NCBI GenBank assembly: GCA_031367385.1
Contig: JANLPS010000055.1
Span: 1-64,000, forward strand
From: Archangium sp.
GTDB lineage: Bacteria; Myxococcota; Myxococcia; Myxococcales; Myxococcaceae
DNA length: 64,000 bases
Reading direction: 5' to 3'
The notes below the pieces were generated by a model, which saw nothing but the letters and a program-made list of their open reading frames with translations, searched no databases and had not been told where the DNA came from. A program made the position numbers and the translations under genes. Shown piece by piece: positions 38,087 to 46,915 of the stretch (its first letter is position 1; every line of letters begins with the position of its first letter).

Positions 38087-39568
38087 CTACCGGTTGGTCT
38101 TGATGCCCGGAGGGTTCGGCTGAACCGCGGCCCGCGCCTTCTTCTTCAGCACCACGGTCAACGCTGGGTCGGTGCTCTCGCTCAACGTCTGCTGCGAGGG
38201 CTCGTACCCGTCGGCGGTCAGCCGCAACAACGTCGGCAACTTGGCGAGCTCGAGCCGCACTTCGAGCGGCGTCAGCCCCTTCTTGTCACCACCGATTTCG
38301 ACCTCAGCGCCGCTCGGCTCGCTCTGCAGCGAGAGCACCATCGTCTCGACCTTGGCCGGCGTCTCGACCTTCGGCACCGTCGCCTTGGCCACTTCGACCG
38401 GCGGCTGGGTGATGGGCTTGGGCGCCACCTCGGGGCTGCGCAGCGCGTACCAGGCACCTCCACCGATGAGCCCGAGCACGGCCACCGCGGCCAAAATCTT
38501 CGGCACGCTCAGCCCGCCCTCAGCGGCCGGTGGCGCTGCGCCGGTCTGCCGCTCGACCTTGGTGCGTGAGCCCGTCGCGACCGGGCCCCCTGCGTCCATC
38601 GCGGTGAGCCCGGAGTCTTCTTCGAGCGTCTTGGGGTCGGCCTCTTTCGCGATGCGCTCGGAATAAATCGACTGCATGAACGACGCGAGGTGCGCGCTCG
38701 AGGCGGGTATCGAGTTGTTCAGCGCGAACTCCTCGAGCGCCATTCGAAACTCACCCGCGTCGGCGTACCGGTCGTTCGCTGACTTGGCCAACGCCTTGAG
38801 CACGATCTCATCGAGCTCAGGAGAGATGTTCGGGTCGATGCTCGACGGCCTGGGCACCACGCACGCCTTCACCAGGCGCTGGGTCTGCAGGTCACTCTCA
38901 CCCTTGAACAGCCGCTTGCCGCACAGCTGCTCCCACAACACGATGCCCAGCGCGAACACGTCGCTGCGCGGGTCGAGGTCGAGGCCGTCGGCCTGCTCCG
39001 GCGACATGTAGGGAAATTTGCCCTTCAAGATGCCGGTCGCGGTGTGTTGGGCGCGGCCGATCGCCTTGGCCACACCGAAGTCGATCAACTTCACCGAGCC
39101 ATCGAAGCCGATCAAAATGTTCTGCGGAGACACGTCGCGGTGCACCAACCCCAGCGGCGCGCCCTTCGAGTCTTTGGCCTTGTGCGCGAAGTCGAGCCCC
39201 GCCGCGGCGTCGGCGATGACGCGCAGAATCACGCCCAACGGCACCGGCACTTGGGTCTGCGCCGAGACTTTCTCGAGGCGGCGCAGGTCTTCGCCGGCCA
39301 CGTACTCCATCTCGATGAAGTGCACGTTCTGCTCGACGCCGAACTCGTTGATGCGCGCGATGTTCGGGTGGTCGAGGCGCATCGTGATCTTCGCCTCGTC
39401 GCGGAACATGGTGAAGAACTCTTCGTCTTCGACCAGGTGCGGCAAGATGCGCTTGATCACCACCAGCTTCTCGAAGCCCTCGGCGCCTTTGCGAGCCAGC
39501 AACACCTGGCCCATGCCACCCGCGGCAATCTTTCGAATCAGCTCGTAACGCCCGAAGGGTATGCCCAT
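38087..39568 (-). CDS. Hanks-type Ser/Thr protein kinase with TM and C-terminal PEGA domain
   Basis: GGMG, VIK, HRDVSPQN, DFG and YMSPE motifs, a TM and 'SEPSGAEV...GLTP'. Confidence 0.96.
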   Translation of the reverse strand: MGIPFGRYELIRKIAAGGMGQVLLARKGAEGFEKLVVIKRILPHLVEDEEFFTMFRDEAKITMRLDHPNIARINEFGVEQNVHFIEMEYVAGEDLRRLEKVSAQTQVPVPLGVILRVIADAAAGLDFAHKAKDSKGAPLGLVHRDVSPQNILIGFDGSVKLIDFGVAKAIGRAQHTATGILKGKFPYMSPEQADGLDLDPRSDVFALGIVLWEQLCGKRLFKGESDLQTQRLVKACVVPRPSSIDPNISPELDEIVLKALAKSANDRYADAGEFRMALEEFALNNSIPASSAHLASFMQSIYSERIAKEADPKTLEEDSGLTAMDAGGPVATGSRTKVERQTGAAPPAAEGGLSVPKILAAVAVLGLIGGGAWYALRSPEVAPKPITQPPVEVAKATVPKVETPAKVETMVLSLQSEPSGAEVEIGGDKKGLTPLEVRLELAKLPTLLRLTADGYEPSQQTLSESTDPALTVVLKKKARAAVQPNPPGIKTNR

Positions 39569-39601
39569 GATCGTCGTCGCACCCTACTCTGTCGCAGCGC
39601 C

Positions 39602-40360
39602 CTACGTCTTGAGCTTGTAACCCGTGCTGAGCATTCGCCAGGCCACGCCAGTCGCCAGCACCGAGAGCGCCACCAACAGGCCCAACCCCAGCCAAGACCC
39701 CTCTTCGAGCCCCAACATCCCCGCCCGCAACCCCTCGACCATGTGAACGACCGGGTTGAACAGGCTGATGGTTCGAAACGGTTCCGGCAGGTTTCGAACT
39801 GAGTAGAAAACTCCGCCCAAGAAGGTCAGCGGCAACATCAAGAACGTGGGGAAGAAGTTGATCTGCTCGAACTTTTCGGCCCACACCCCGGCGATCAACC
39901 CCAACACCGCGAACACATACGCCGACAGCACCAAGAAGACCAAGGTGCCCAGCGCGTGTGCCAGGTGCGGCCCGGTGAAGAGCATCGCGACGCCCCAGGT
40001 GAGCACCCCGACCAGCAGGCCCCGAACCATCGCGCCGGTGATGAAGCCCACCAGCAGCTCGGCCGCCCCCAGCGGAGCGACCAGCAAATCGACCAACGTG
40101 CCCTGTATTTTGCAGATGAAGAACGAGCTCGAGGAGTTCAAAAACGCGTTGTTGGCGATGCCTAAGAACACCAGCCCGGGCACGATGTAGGCAGCATACG
40201 AGTACCCTTCGATCATCTGCTGGCGGCCACCGAGCGTGTAGCCGAAGACGATGAAGTAGAGCGAGGTGCTGATCAGCGGCTGCAACACGGTCTGGCCGGG
40301 CACCCGCATGAAGCGGCGAATCTCTTTCATCAGCAGCGTCTTGGTGCCGGTGACGTTCAC
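39602..40360 (-). CDS. ABC-2 type transporter permease (YadH-like)
   Basis: KEIRRF, YIVPGL, PLTFLGGVFYS and NPV motifs, with six TMs. Start at GTG 40360. Confidence 0.93.
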   Translation of the reverse strand: MNVTGTKTLLMKEIRRFMRVPGQTVLQPLISTSLYFIVFGYTLGGRQQMIEGYSYAAYIVPGLVFLGIANNAFLNSSSSFFICKIQGTLVDLLVAPLGAAELLVGFITGAMVRGLLVGVLTWGVAMLFTGPHLAHALGTLVFLVLSAYVFAVLGLIAGVWAEKFEQINFFPTFLMLPLTFLGGVFYSVRNLPEPFRTISLFNPVVHMVEGLRAGMLGLEEGSWLGLGLLVALSVLATGVAWRMLSTGYKLKT

Positions 40361-41274
40361 GCGACACCTCCGCGCAAGACGCGCAGCATCACTTCTTCGA
40401 GTCGCGAGGGCACCATGTTCACGTCGGCGACTGGCAACCCGGCTGAGATCAAGGCGCTCAGCACCTCTGCCGCGGGCCGGGTCGCGGTCGTCTCGTTGAA
40501 GGTGTAATTCAAGCCGGTCTCGTCGAGGGTCCCCGCCGTCACTGACGCCGGCAGCGCCAGCACTTTCGAGGCGAAGCGCACCTCGAGACGACGCTCGCCA
40601 AGCCGCTTCATCAGCGCGCCCTTCTCTTCGACCAGCAAGAGCTTGCCCTTGTCGATGATGCCCACGCGGTCGGCGAGCTCTTGCGCTTCTTCGAGGTAGT
40701 GGGTGGTCAGCACCACCGTGGTGCCCTCGGCGCGCAGGCGTCGCACGTACGCCCACAGGTCGCGGCGGAGCTCGACGTCGACTCCCGCGGTCGGCTCATC
40801 GAGAAAGACCAGCTTCGGCCGGTGCACCAGCGCCTTGGCGATCAGCAGCCGCCGCTTCATGCCGCCTGAGAGCGTTCGGGTGGGCTCGTCGGCCTTCGAG
40901 TCGAGCGAGAGCGCTTTGAGCACCTCGAGCACTCGCGCGGGGTCTTGGGGCCGGCCGTAGTAGCCGAGCTGAATCGAGAGCAGCTCGCGCACGGTGAAGA
41001 AGGGGTCGAAGTTGAGCTCTTGCGGCACCAAACCGACCTCGTAGCGAGGCGTCACCGCGTCATGGTCGAGGTCAGTGCCGAAGAGCGAAATCGTGCCGCT
41101 GGTCTTCTTGACCAGGCCGCAAATGGCGCCGATCAGCGTGGTCTTGCCTGCGCCGTTCGGGCCCAGCAACGCGAAGATCTCGCCCGCCTCGATGCGCAAC
41201 GAGACATCGGTCAGCGCGTTGAGCGTCGGGTACCGTTTGTTGAGCTTGGTGACTTCGAGAACCGGAGCAGACAC
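40357..41274 (-). CDS. ABC transporter ATP-binding protein (YadG-like)
   Basis: GPNGAGKT, LSGGMKRR, LDEPTAGVD and TTHYLEEA. Confidence 0.96.
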   Translation of the reverse strand: MSAPVLEVTKLNKRYPTLNALTDVSLRIEAGEIFALLGPNGAGKTTLIGAICGLVKKTSGTISLFGTDLDHDAVTPRYEVGLVPQELNFDPFFTVRELLSIQLGYYGRPQDPARVLEVLKALSLDSKADEPTRTLSGGMKRRLLIAKALVHRPKLVFLDEPTAGVDVELRRDLWAYVRRLRAEGTTVVLTTHYLEEAQELADRVGIIDKGKLLLVEEKGALMKRLGERRLEVRFASKVLALPASVTAGTLDETGLNYTFNETTATRPAAEVLSALISAGLPVADVNMVPSRLEEVMLRVLRGGVA

Positions 41275-41332
41275 GCCCCAGGCTTCGCACACTTCATTCG
41301 ATTTCGCGTGCCGATTCAGCCACTGCTGAACC

Positions 41333-42499
41333 TCACCAGACGGTGAGCGCGTCGGCGATCAACGCTGATTCGTTGATGGTGCGCAGGCTCCAGGCACCCT
41401 CTCGCCCCTGGTACCCGAAGGCCCGTAACGCCTTGGGGTTGTCGCCCACGGCATCGGTTCGGCGTGCATCGAAACGCGCGGGAGCGACGAAGCGCTCGAC
41501 CCAGGCCGAAGTATCGACCCCTCGGCGGCGCTCCGCGTTCGACCTGGCACGACTGGCCACGTGGCAGCTCGCGCAGTCGATGGTCTTGGGCGACGAGAGC
41601 CCTGGGTTCTCGATGGTCAGCGCGCTCTTGAGCGCCTTGGTCAGGGTGCGGTCATCGGTCAGCCGCATCGAGCTCTCGCTGAGCAGCACCTTGAGCTGAT
41701 CTCCAGGCGCGGCGGGCTGCAGATCGCCGTTGCGAAACTCGGTGGTGCCGAACTCCTGAACCCCTTGGGCCGTGAGCTCGCTCGTTCGCGGTATCGTCGC
41801 CTCGACCATCGCGCCGTCGACCAGGTCGAAGGCTCCGAAGCGCCAGGCGTTGCCGCCAGCCGCCACGTGCATGAACGCGACGCGGCGCAGGGTCTGCGGC
41901 GTGCACAACCGGCTGATCATCGCCTTCAGGGCGGTCGCGTAGGGCCCGCTGAGGCCTTCGACGCGCATCACCGGGTGCACCTCGAGCGGCCGGCCATCGG
42001 TGCGCCCAGCGGCTTGGTCTCGCAGCTGGTGCAGGGCCTGAACGGCGCTGTCGAACTGCTCGGGCGACAGCTCGTAGAAGAGGTGAACCGTCGCGTCTTC
42101 GGTGGTGAGCTCGACACCGCCGTCATCGACCGTGGCCATCGGCTGTGCGACCAGGCGAATCTGTTTGATGCAGGTGGGTGCCGCCGGAGGCGTCGACCCG
42201 GGGAAGCAGGGGTCGATGCGGGCTGAGACCACGCGAAGCGCGCCGTAGAGCTGATCAGCATCTCGGTCGTCGATCAGCAACGGTACTTGTGAATAGAGCG
42301 CTTGGGGCAGCAGCCCCTCGATGCCGAGCAGCTGCGACTCGACCGCCCTCGTCGCCGGCAGGGGGAAGAGGAACGACACGTCGTTCAAATCGAACCCGCC
42401 GTCGGAGTGGCCCAGGCCCGGCCCGGCATCGACCACCACGGGAGGCGTGAAACCCCCGCATGCGGTGATCAGCAAACACAGCGTGAATACGCGAACCAT
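41333..42499 (-). CDS. Lipoprotein with a single CxxCH (possible c-type heme site)
   Basis: Lipobox ITAC and CASCH near the C-terminus. Confidence 0.75.
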   Translation of the reverse strand: MVRVFTLCLLITACGGFTPPVVVDAGPGLGHSDGGFDLNDVSFLFPLPATRAVESQLLGIEGLLPQALYSQVPLLIDDRDADQLYGALRVVSARIDPCFPGSTPPAAPTCIKQIRLVAQPMATVDDGGVELTTEDATVHLFYELSPEQFDSAVQALHQLRDQAAGRTDGRPLEVHPVMRVEGLSGPYATALKAMISRLCTPQTLRRVAFMHVAAGGNAWRFGAFDLVDGAMVEATIPRTSELTAQGVQEFGTTEFRNGDLQPAAPGDQLKVLLSESSMRLTDDRTLTKALKSALTIENPGLSSPKTIDCASCHVASRARSNAERRRGVDTSAWVERFVAPARFDARRTDAVGDNPKALRAFGYQGREGAWSLRTINESALIADALTVW

Positions 42500-42597
42500 G
42501 ACCGCGCCGTGAGCAATCGGCGATCCACCTGTAAGCACCCGAAATAGCTCTGAAACTCGGGTGCTGTCGCCTCAGTTTTCTGCTGCTGGCTGTCGGC

Positions 42598-43104
42598 TCA
42601 AAGAAAATTCGCGGTGCCCCGAAAGCCCCCACTGAACCAGGCATACAAGCTGTGGCTCCCGAAGTCGTTCGTGATCACGGCGCTGCCGTAGGCCCCGATG
42701 CCGAGTTTGTGGTCAACGGCCCACAGTGCGGCAAGGTCAACTTGACCGACCAACCCGTTGCCGGCACCTGTATCGCGTCGATACCCGACCCCCAAATCGG
42801 CGCTCAGCCTCACGGGCCCCACAAGCGAATCGATGCCAATGAGCCCACCCGCGCGAATGACCTCACCCCTCGAAATGAACCCGTGCGTGACGAACACACC
42901 AGCCGAGAGCGGCCCGAAGAAACGATAGCGACCATCGACCCCGAGCTCGAACCCACTCCGGGGCTTTGGTTCTGGCCCGGCCGAGAAACCCGGATCGATA
43001 GGCTCGGGTGGCAATTGCTGCACGTACCCACCCTGCACGCCCACTTGGAGCCTGGGTTCGCGCTGCGAGACCACCACCGCGATCACGAGCGCGGCGAGGC
43101 TCAT
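42598..43104 (-). CDS. Small outer-membrane beta-barrel-like protein
   Basis: Signal-like N-terminus, alternating Gly/aromatic strands and Phe near the C-terminus. Confidence 0.65.
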   Translation of the reverse strand: MSLAALVIAVVVSQREPRLQVGVQGGYVQQLPPEPIDPGFSAGPEPKPRSGFELGVDGRYRFFGPLSAGVFVTHGFISRGEVIRAGGLIGIDSLVGPVRLSADLGVGYRRDTGAGNGLVGQVDLAALWAVDHKLGIGAYGSAVITNDFGSHSLYAWFSGGFRGTANFL

Positions 43105-43109
43105 GAGCG

Positions 43110-43652
43110 CTAAGCGCTTTGCGTCAGCTTGTTGCCGAGGTCTTGCAGCTGGCGCTTGAGCGAACCATCGAAGGTGCGTGACCCGACCTGCGCGACGACG
43201 CCGCCGAGAATCGAGGGGTCGACCTTGGTCTCGAGCACCACGTTGCGCTGCGACATCGCCTCGAGCGACTGCTTGATCGCCAGCAACTGATCAGTGCCGA
43301 GCGTGGTCGCGCTGGTGACCTTGCCGCGCACGCGGCCGACGCTCACGTCGACCAGGTCACGGTACTGCTTGGCCAACACCGAAAGCACCGACGTGCGGTT
43401 GCGGTCGGTGAGTAGCTTGAGCAGGTTCACCAACGTCGGCTGCACGTTGCCGACGCTCTTGAAGATGGCCTCGAGTGCCGCGAGCCGCGTTGGGCGCGTA
43501 ATCGCCGGGCTCGACACCGCCACCCAGACATCGTGGTTCGCCTCGAAGAAAGTGACCAGCGCCTCGAGCTGCACCAGAACGGCGTCGGCCTGAGGGCCAG
43601 CGGCGTCGAGCAGGGCACGGGCATAACGGCGGGCAATTGAGACGTTCTGCAT
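43110..43652 (-). CDS. atpH: ATP synthase F1 subunit delta
   Basis: IARRYARAL, NLLKLL.DRNR and VDPSILGGV...DGSLK. Confidence 0.96.
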   Translation of the reverse strand: MQNVSIARRYARALLDAAGPQADAVLVQLEALVTFFEANHDVWVAVSSPAITRPTRLAALEAIFKSVGNVQPTLVNLLKLLTDRNRTSVLSVLAKQYRDLVDVSVGRVRGKVTSATTLGTDQLLAIKQSLEAMSQRNVVLETKVDPSILGGVVAQVGSRTFDGSLKRQLQDLGNKLTQSA

Positions 43653-43748
43653 GCCGCGCGCCTAGCACGGCGTTTTCGGCGCGTCCAAGGCCATCGAGCG
43701 CGGTGTTTTTCATACCCATACATCGAAGCGTGTAGAGTTCTGCGCCCC

Positions 43749-45560
43749 ATGGAGCCTGTCATCGGCATCGACCTCGGCACCACCTACAGCGCGGTGGCGA
43801 CCGTCGATCAAGGTCGCCCCTTCGTCATCCCCGGGCGGTCTGGCGCGCGGTTGACCCCATCGGTGGTCGGTTTCACGGCCCTGGGCGAGCGGGTGGTCGG
43901 CGAAAAAGCACAGGTCTTGGGCGATGAAGCGCCTGATCGCGTCGCTCCGGCGACCAAGCGGTACATCGGCAAGCGCTGGAGCGCCGAGCTCGCCGCCGCC
44001 GCCAAGCCCGTGGTGCCCTACCCCCTCATTCAAGGGCCCTCGGGCGAAGTGCGCATCAAGGTCGCCGGCCGGGTGATGCCGCTCACCCAGGTCAGCGCGA
44101 TGTTGCTGGGCGAATTGAAGCTCGACGCCGAAGCGCACTTCGGTCGCAGCGTCTCGAAGTGCGTCATCACCGTGCCCGCCAACTTCAATGAAGGCCAGCG
44201 CGTCGCCACCCGAGAAGCCGCGCGCATCGCCGGCCTCGACGTGATGCGCATCGTCAACGAGCCGACCGCGGCGGCCATCGCCTACGGGCTCGTCAACAGC
44301 TTCACCGGCCGCGCCCTCGTGTTCGACCTGGGCGGAGGCACCTTCGACGTCTCGATTCTCGAGATGGACAACGGCGTCTACGAAGTGAAAGCGACTGGCG
44401 GCGACCCCGGCCTGGGCGGCGATGACTTCGACGCGCGCATCGTTCAGTGGCTGGTCGCGCAGGTGCCCGACCTCTACCGCGAGGCAGTGCCAAAAGATCG
44501 AATCTCGATGCAGCGCCTGCGGTACGCGGCTGAGCGCGCCAAGCGCACCCTCTCAGACAAGAGCGAAGCGTTCATCTCAGTCACCGATCTGGGCGACCAC
44601 GGTGAAGGCGCCGACCGCCACTTCTGCCAACTCGACACCGCGCTCACCCGCGATTTTCTCGAGATGCTCTCAGAGCCGCTCTCTCGCCGGTGTATCGAAG
44701 TGTGCGAGCAGGTGCTCGAGGCCGCCAAGCTCAAGCGCGAAGAGATTGAAGCGGTGATGCTGGTCGGAGGCATGACCCGCATGCCCCTCGTTCGCAAGCT
44801 GGTGCAACAATTCTTCAACCGGCCTCCGGTGATGGGCATCAACCCCGACGAGGCGGTCGCCCTCGGCGCGGCAGTTCATGCCGCCGAGCTCGCCTCGAAG
44901 CAGGGCACCACCGTGCTGATCGACGTCGCGACGCACTCGCTCTCGGTGGGCGTGCTGGGCGGTACCGTTCGCAAGTTGATCGCCAAGAACACCACCGTGC
45001 CCGCGGTGGCCAGAGACACCTTCTTGCCCAACCGCGCTGGCCAGACCTCGGCCCGCATCCCCGTGTTTCAGGGCGAGAGCGAATGGGCCGACGAGTGCAC
45101 GCGGCTTGGTGAGCTGGTGCTCACAGACCTCACGGTGACCAACCGCGGCGAGGTGCCGATCGACGTGAGCTTCGAGCTCTCGAACGAGGGCACGCTCGCG
45201 GTGCGGGCGGTCGACCTGACCACTGGCATGGCCGAGGCGATTCGCATCGACGCGCGCACCACGCTGGCGCCGCAAGAGGTCGATACCCTCTCGGCCGAGC
45301 AGGCCGCGTACGCGAAGTCGCAGGGAGAAAAAGACAAGGCGCAGGCGATCGCCACCTTCCCCCGCATTCTCGACAAGGCCGAACGCCTGGTGCGATTGCT
45401 CGAGAAGAGCGCTGAAGAGAACCCCAGCGCCGAGGCCGATGGCGCGGTGGGGCAGGTGAAGTCGCTGCTCGCCCAAGGCCGCATCGCGGTGAGAATCGGA
45501 GACACCGCGCAGATGGCCGAGGTCACCCGATTGCTCGAGCGGCTGATCGCCGTCGTTTAG
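43749..45560 (+). CDS. Hsp70/DnaK family paralogue
   Basis: GIDLGTT, TVPANF, NEPTAAA, DLGGGTFDVS, VGGMTRMP and NPDEAVALGAA. No dnaJ or grpE is adjacent. Confidence 0.95.
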   Translation: MEPVIGIDLGTTYSAVATVDQGRPFVIPGRSGARLTPSVVGFTALGERVVGEKAQVLGDEAPDRVAPATKRYIGKRWSAELAAAAKPVVPYPLIQGPSGEVRIKVAGRVMPLTQVSAMLLGELKLDAEAHFGRSVSKCVITVPANFNEGQRVATREAARIAGLDVMRIVNEPTAAAIAYGLVNSFTGRALVFDLGGGTFDVSILEMDNGVYEVKATGGDPGLGGDDFDARIVQWLVAQVPDLYREAVPKDRISMQRLRYAAERAKRTLSDKSEAFISVTDLGDHGEGADRHFCQLDTALTRDFLEMLSEPLSRRCIEVCEQVLEAAKLKREEIEAVMLVGGMTRMPLVRKLVQQFFNRPPVMGINPDEAVALGAAVHAAELASKQGTTVLIDVATHSLSVGVLGGTVRKLIAKNTTVPAVARDTFLPNRAGQTSARIPVFQGESEWADECTRLGELVLTDLTVTNRGEVPIDVSFELSNEGTLAVRAVDLTTGMAEAIRIDARTTLAPQEVDTLSAEQAAYAKSQGEKDKAQAIATFPRILDKAERLVRLLEKSAEENPSAEADGAVGQVKSLLAQGRIAVRIGDTAQMAEVTRLLERLIAVV

Positions 45561-45928
45561 CCGGGCTTGTTCTTTTCGAGCGCCTGAATGCGGTTCTCAT
45601 GATCGCGAATCGCGCCCCGAAGGTTGCGGTCGGCAACGATGATCTCTTTCAGCTCGCCAATCGCTCCGACGACGGCGGTGAGCTCGGTCGCGAGTCGCAC
45701 TTCGCTCCCTGTGTGTCGGCGCTCGAGGCTCTCGAGCCGAGAGTTGGTACCCCCGAGCCGAGAGTTCGTCTCGTCGATTCGCGAATTCGTCTCGTCGATT
45801 CGTGAGTTCGTTTGATCGATTCGCGACGAGAGCTCGGTGCGGGTGAGCGTGATCTCGTCACGAATCTGCTGCAGCACTTTGATGGTGAGGTCTGTCATCC
45901 GCACACCGCTATCATGCACCCCTGACAC
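45557..45928 (-). CDS. Small coiled-coil protein with heptad repeats (RIDETNS)
   Basis: SRIDQTNSRIDETNSRIDETNSRLGGTNSRL. The true start may be GTG/ATG near 45904-45898. Confidence 0.8.
   Translation of the reverse strand: MSGVHDSGVRMTDLTIKVLQQIRDEITLTRTELSSRIDQTNSRIDETNSRIDETNSRLGGTNSRLESLERRHTGSEVRLATELTAVVGAIGELKEIIVADRNLRGAIRDHENRIQALEKNKPG
45734..45826 (-). repeat. 21-bp imperfect tandem coding repeat, about 4.4 copies
   Basis: Units start at 45734, 45755, 45776, 45797 and 45818. Confidence 0.85.
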
Positions 45929-45952
45929 CTCCCCTTCTACCCCCCGGCGAAG

Positions 45953-46819
45953 TCAGTGCAGTTGCTCGGTCTCCTCGAGCCCCTGGTCATCGAGGGCTCG
46001 GCGAAAGCGCTCCTTCAACCGCTGCTCGATTTGGCGCAGCCGCTCGCGCGAGAGCTTGAAGCGCGCTCCGATGTCAGAGAGCGTCATCTCTTCGTCGTCG
46101 CTCATCAACCGGTCGGTCACCAGCGCCTTTTCGCGAGCATCGAGCGCCTGCCACACGCGCTGCAGCGTTTGGTTCACGATGGTCTCGCGCTCCCTGTCGC
46201 CCACTCGCTCTTCGGGCCCGGCTTGCTTGCAGGCCAGCAGGTCGAGCGCGGTGAAGTCGCCGTCTTCGCCCAGCGGGGCGTCGAGCGACGAGTCGCTGCT
46301 CGCGAGGCGCGCCGAGTGCACGCGAATGACCTCTTCACTGACGCCGAACTGCTCGGCCAGATACGCGTTGATGCCCTCGGCGTTCGCGCCGAACTTGGTC
46401 TCGGCCTTGGCCCTGGCCGAGCGCAGCTTGAAGAAGAACTTCGCACCCAACGCGCCAGTGGCAGCCGTCACGATGCTGGTTTGCCGCTGCGCACACGCCA
46501 ACATGTGCGCCCGAACCCAGTACGTGGCGTAGGTCTTGAAACGCACTCCGCGGAGCTCGAACTTCTCGAGCGCCCGAAGCAGCCCGACGTTGCCCTCGGC
46601 CATCAACTCATCACGGGGCACGCCATAGCCGCGCAAGCGCTTCGCCAGCCGCAGCACCAGCGGCAGGTGCGCTTCGACCAGCGCATCACCGGCGCGGCGG
46701 TCGCGCTTGTTCACCCACTTCTTCGCCAGCACCAGCTCCTCGGCTTCACTGAGCTCGGGTTGGCGCTGCAGCTGGGCACAGTGTCGTTCGAAGGGGGTGT
46801 TCTGAGTCGTGTTGGTCAT
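45953..46819 (-). CDS. RpoH/sigma-32 family RNA polymerase sigma factor
   Basis: ELMAEGNVGLLRA, FKTYATYWVRA, degenerate RpoH box 'KFFFKLR', DSSLDAP and LSRERLRQIE. Confidence 0.9.
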   Translation of the reverse strand: MTNTTQNTPFERHCAQLQRQPELSEAEELVLAKKWVNKRDRRAGDALVEAHLPLVLRLAKRLRGYGVPRDELMAEGNVGLLRALEKFELRGVRFKTYATYWVRAHMLACAQRQTSIVTAATGALGAKFFFKLRSARAKAETKFGANAEGINAYLAEQFGVSEEVIRVHSARLASSDSSLDAPLGEDGDFTALDLLACKQAGPEERVGDRERETIVNQTLQRVWQALDAREKALVTDRLMSDDEEMTLSDIGARFKLSRERLRQIEQRLKERFRRALDDQGLEETEQLH

Positions 46820-46915
46820 AGGCCTCTCCTTGAGGTGGAGAAGTTCTATTCCCGGGTGATACTAAGAAATATTCGATAATCAACTACGGAACCATTGATT
46901 AAATCGAACTATCGA

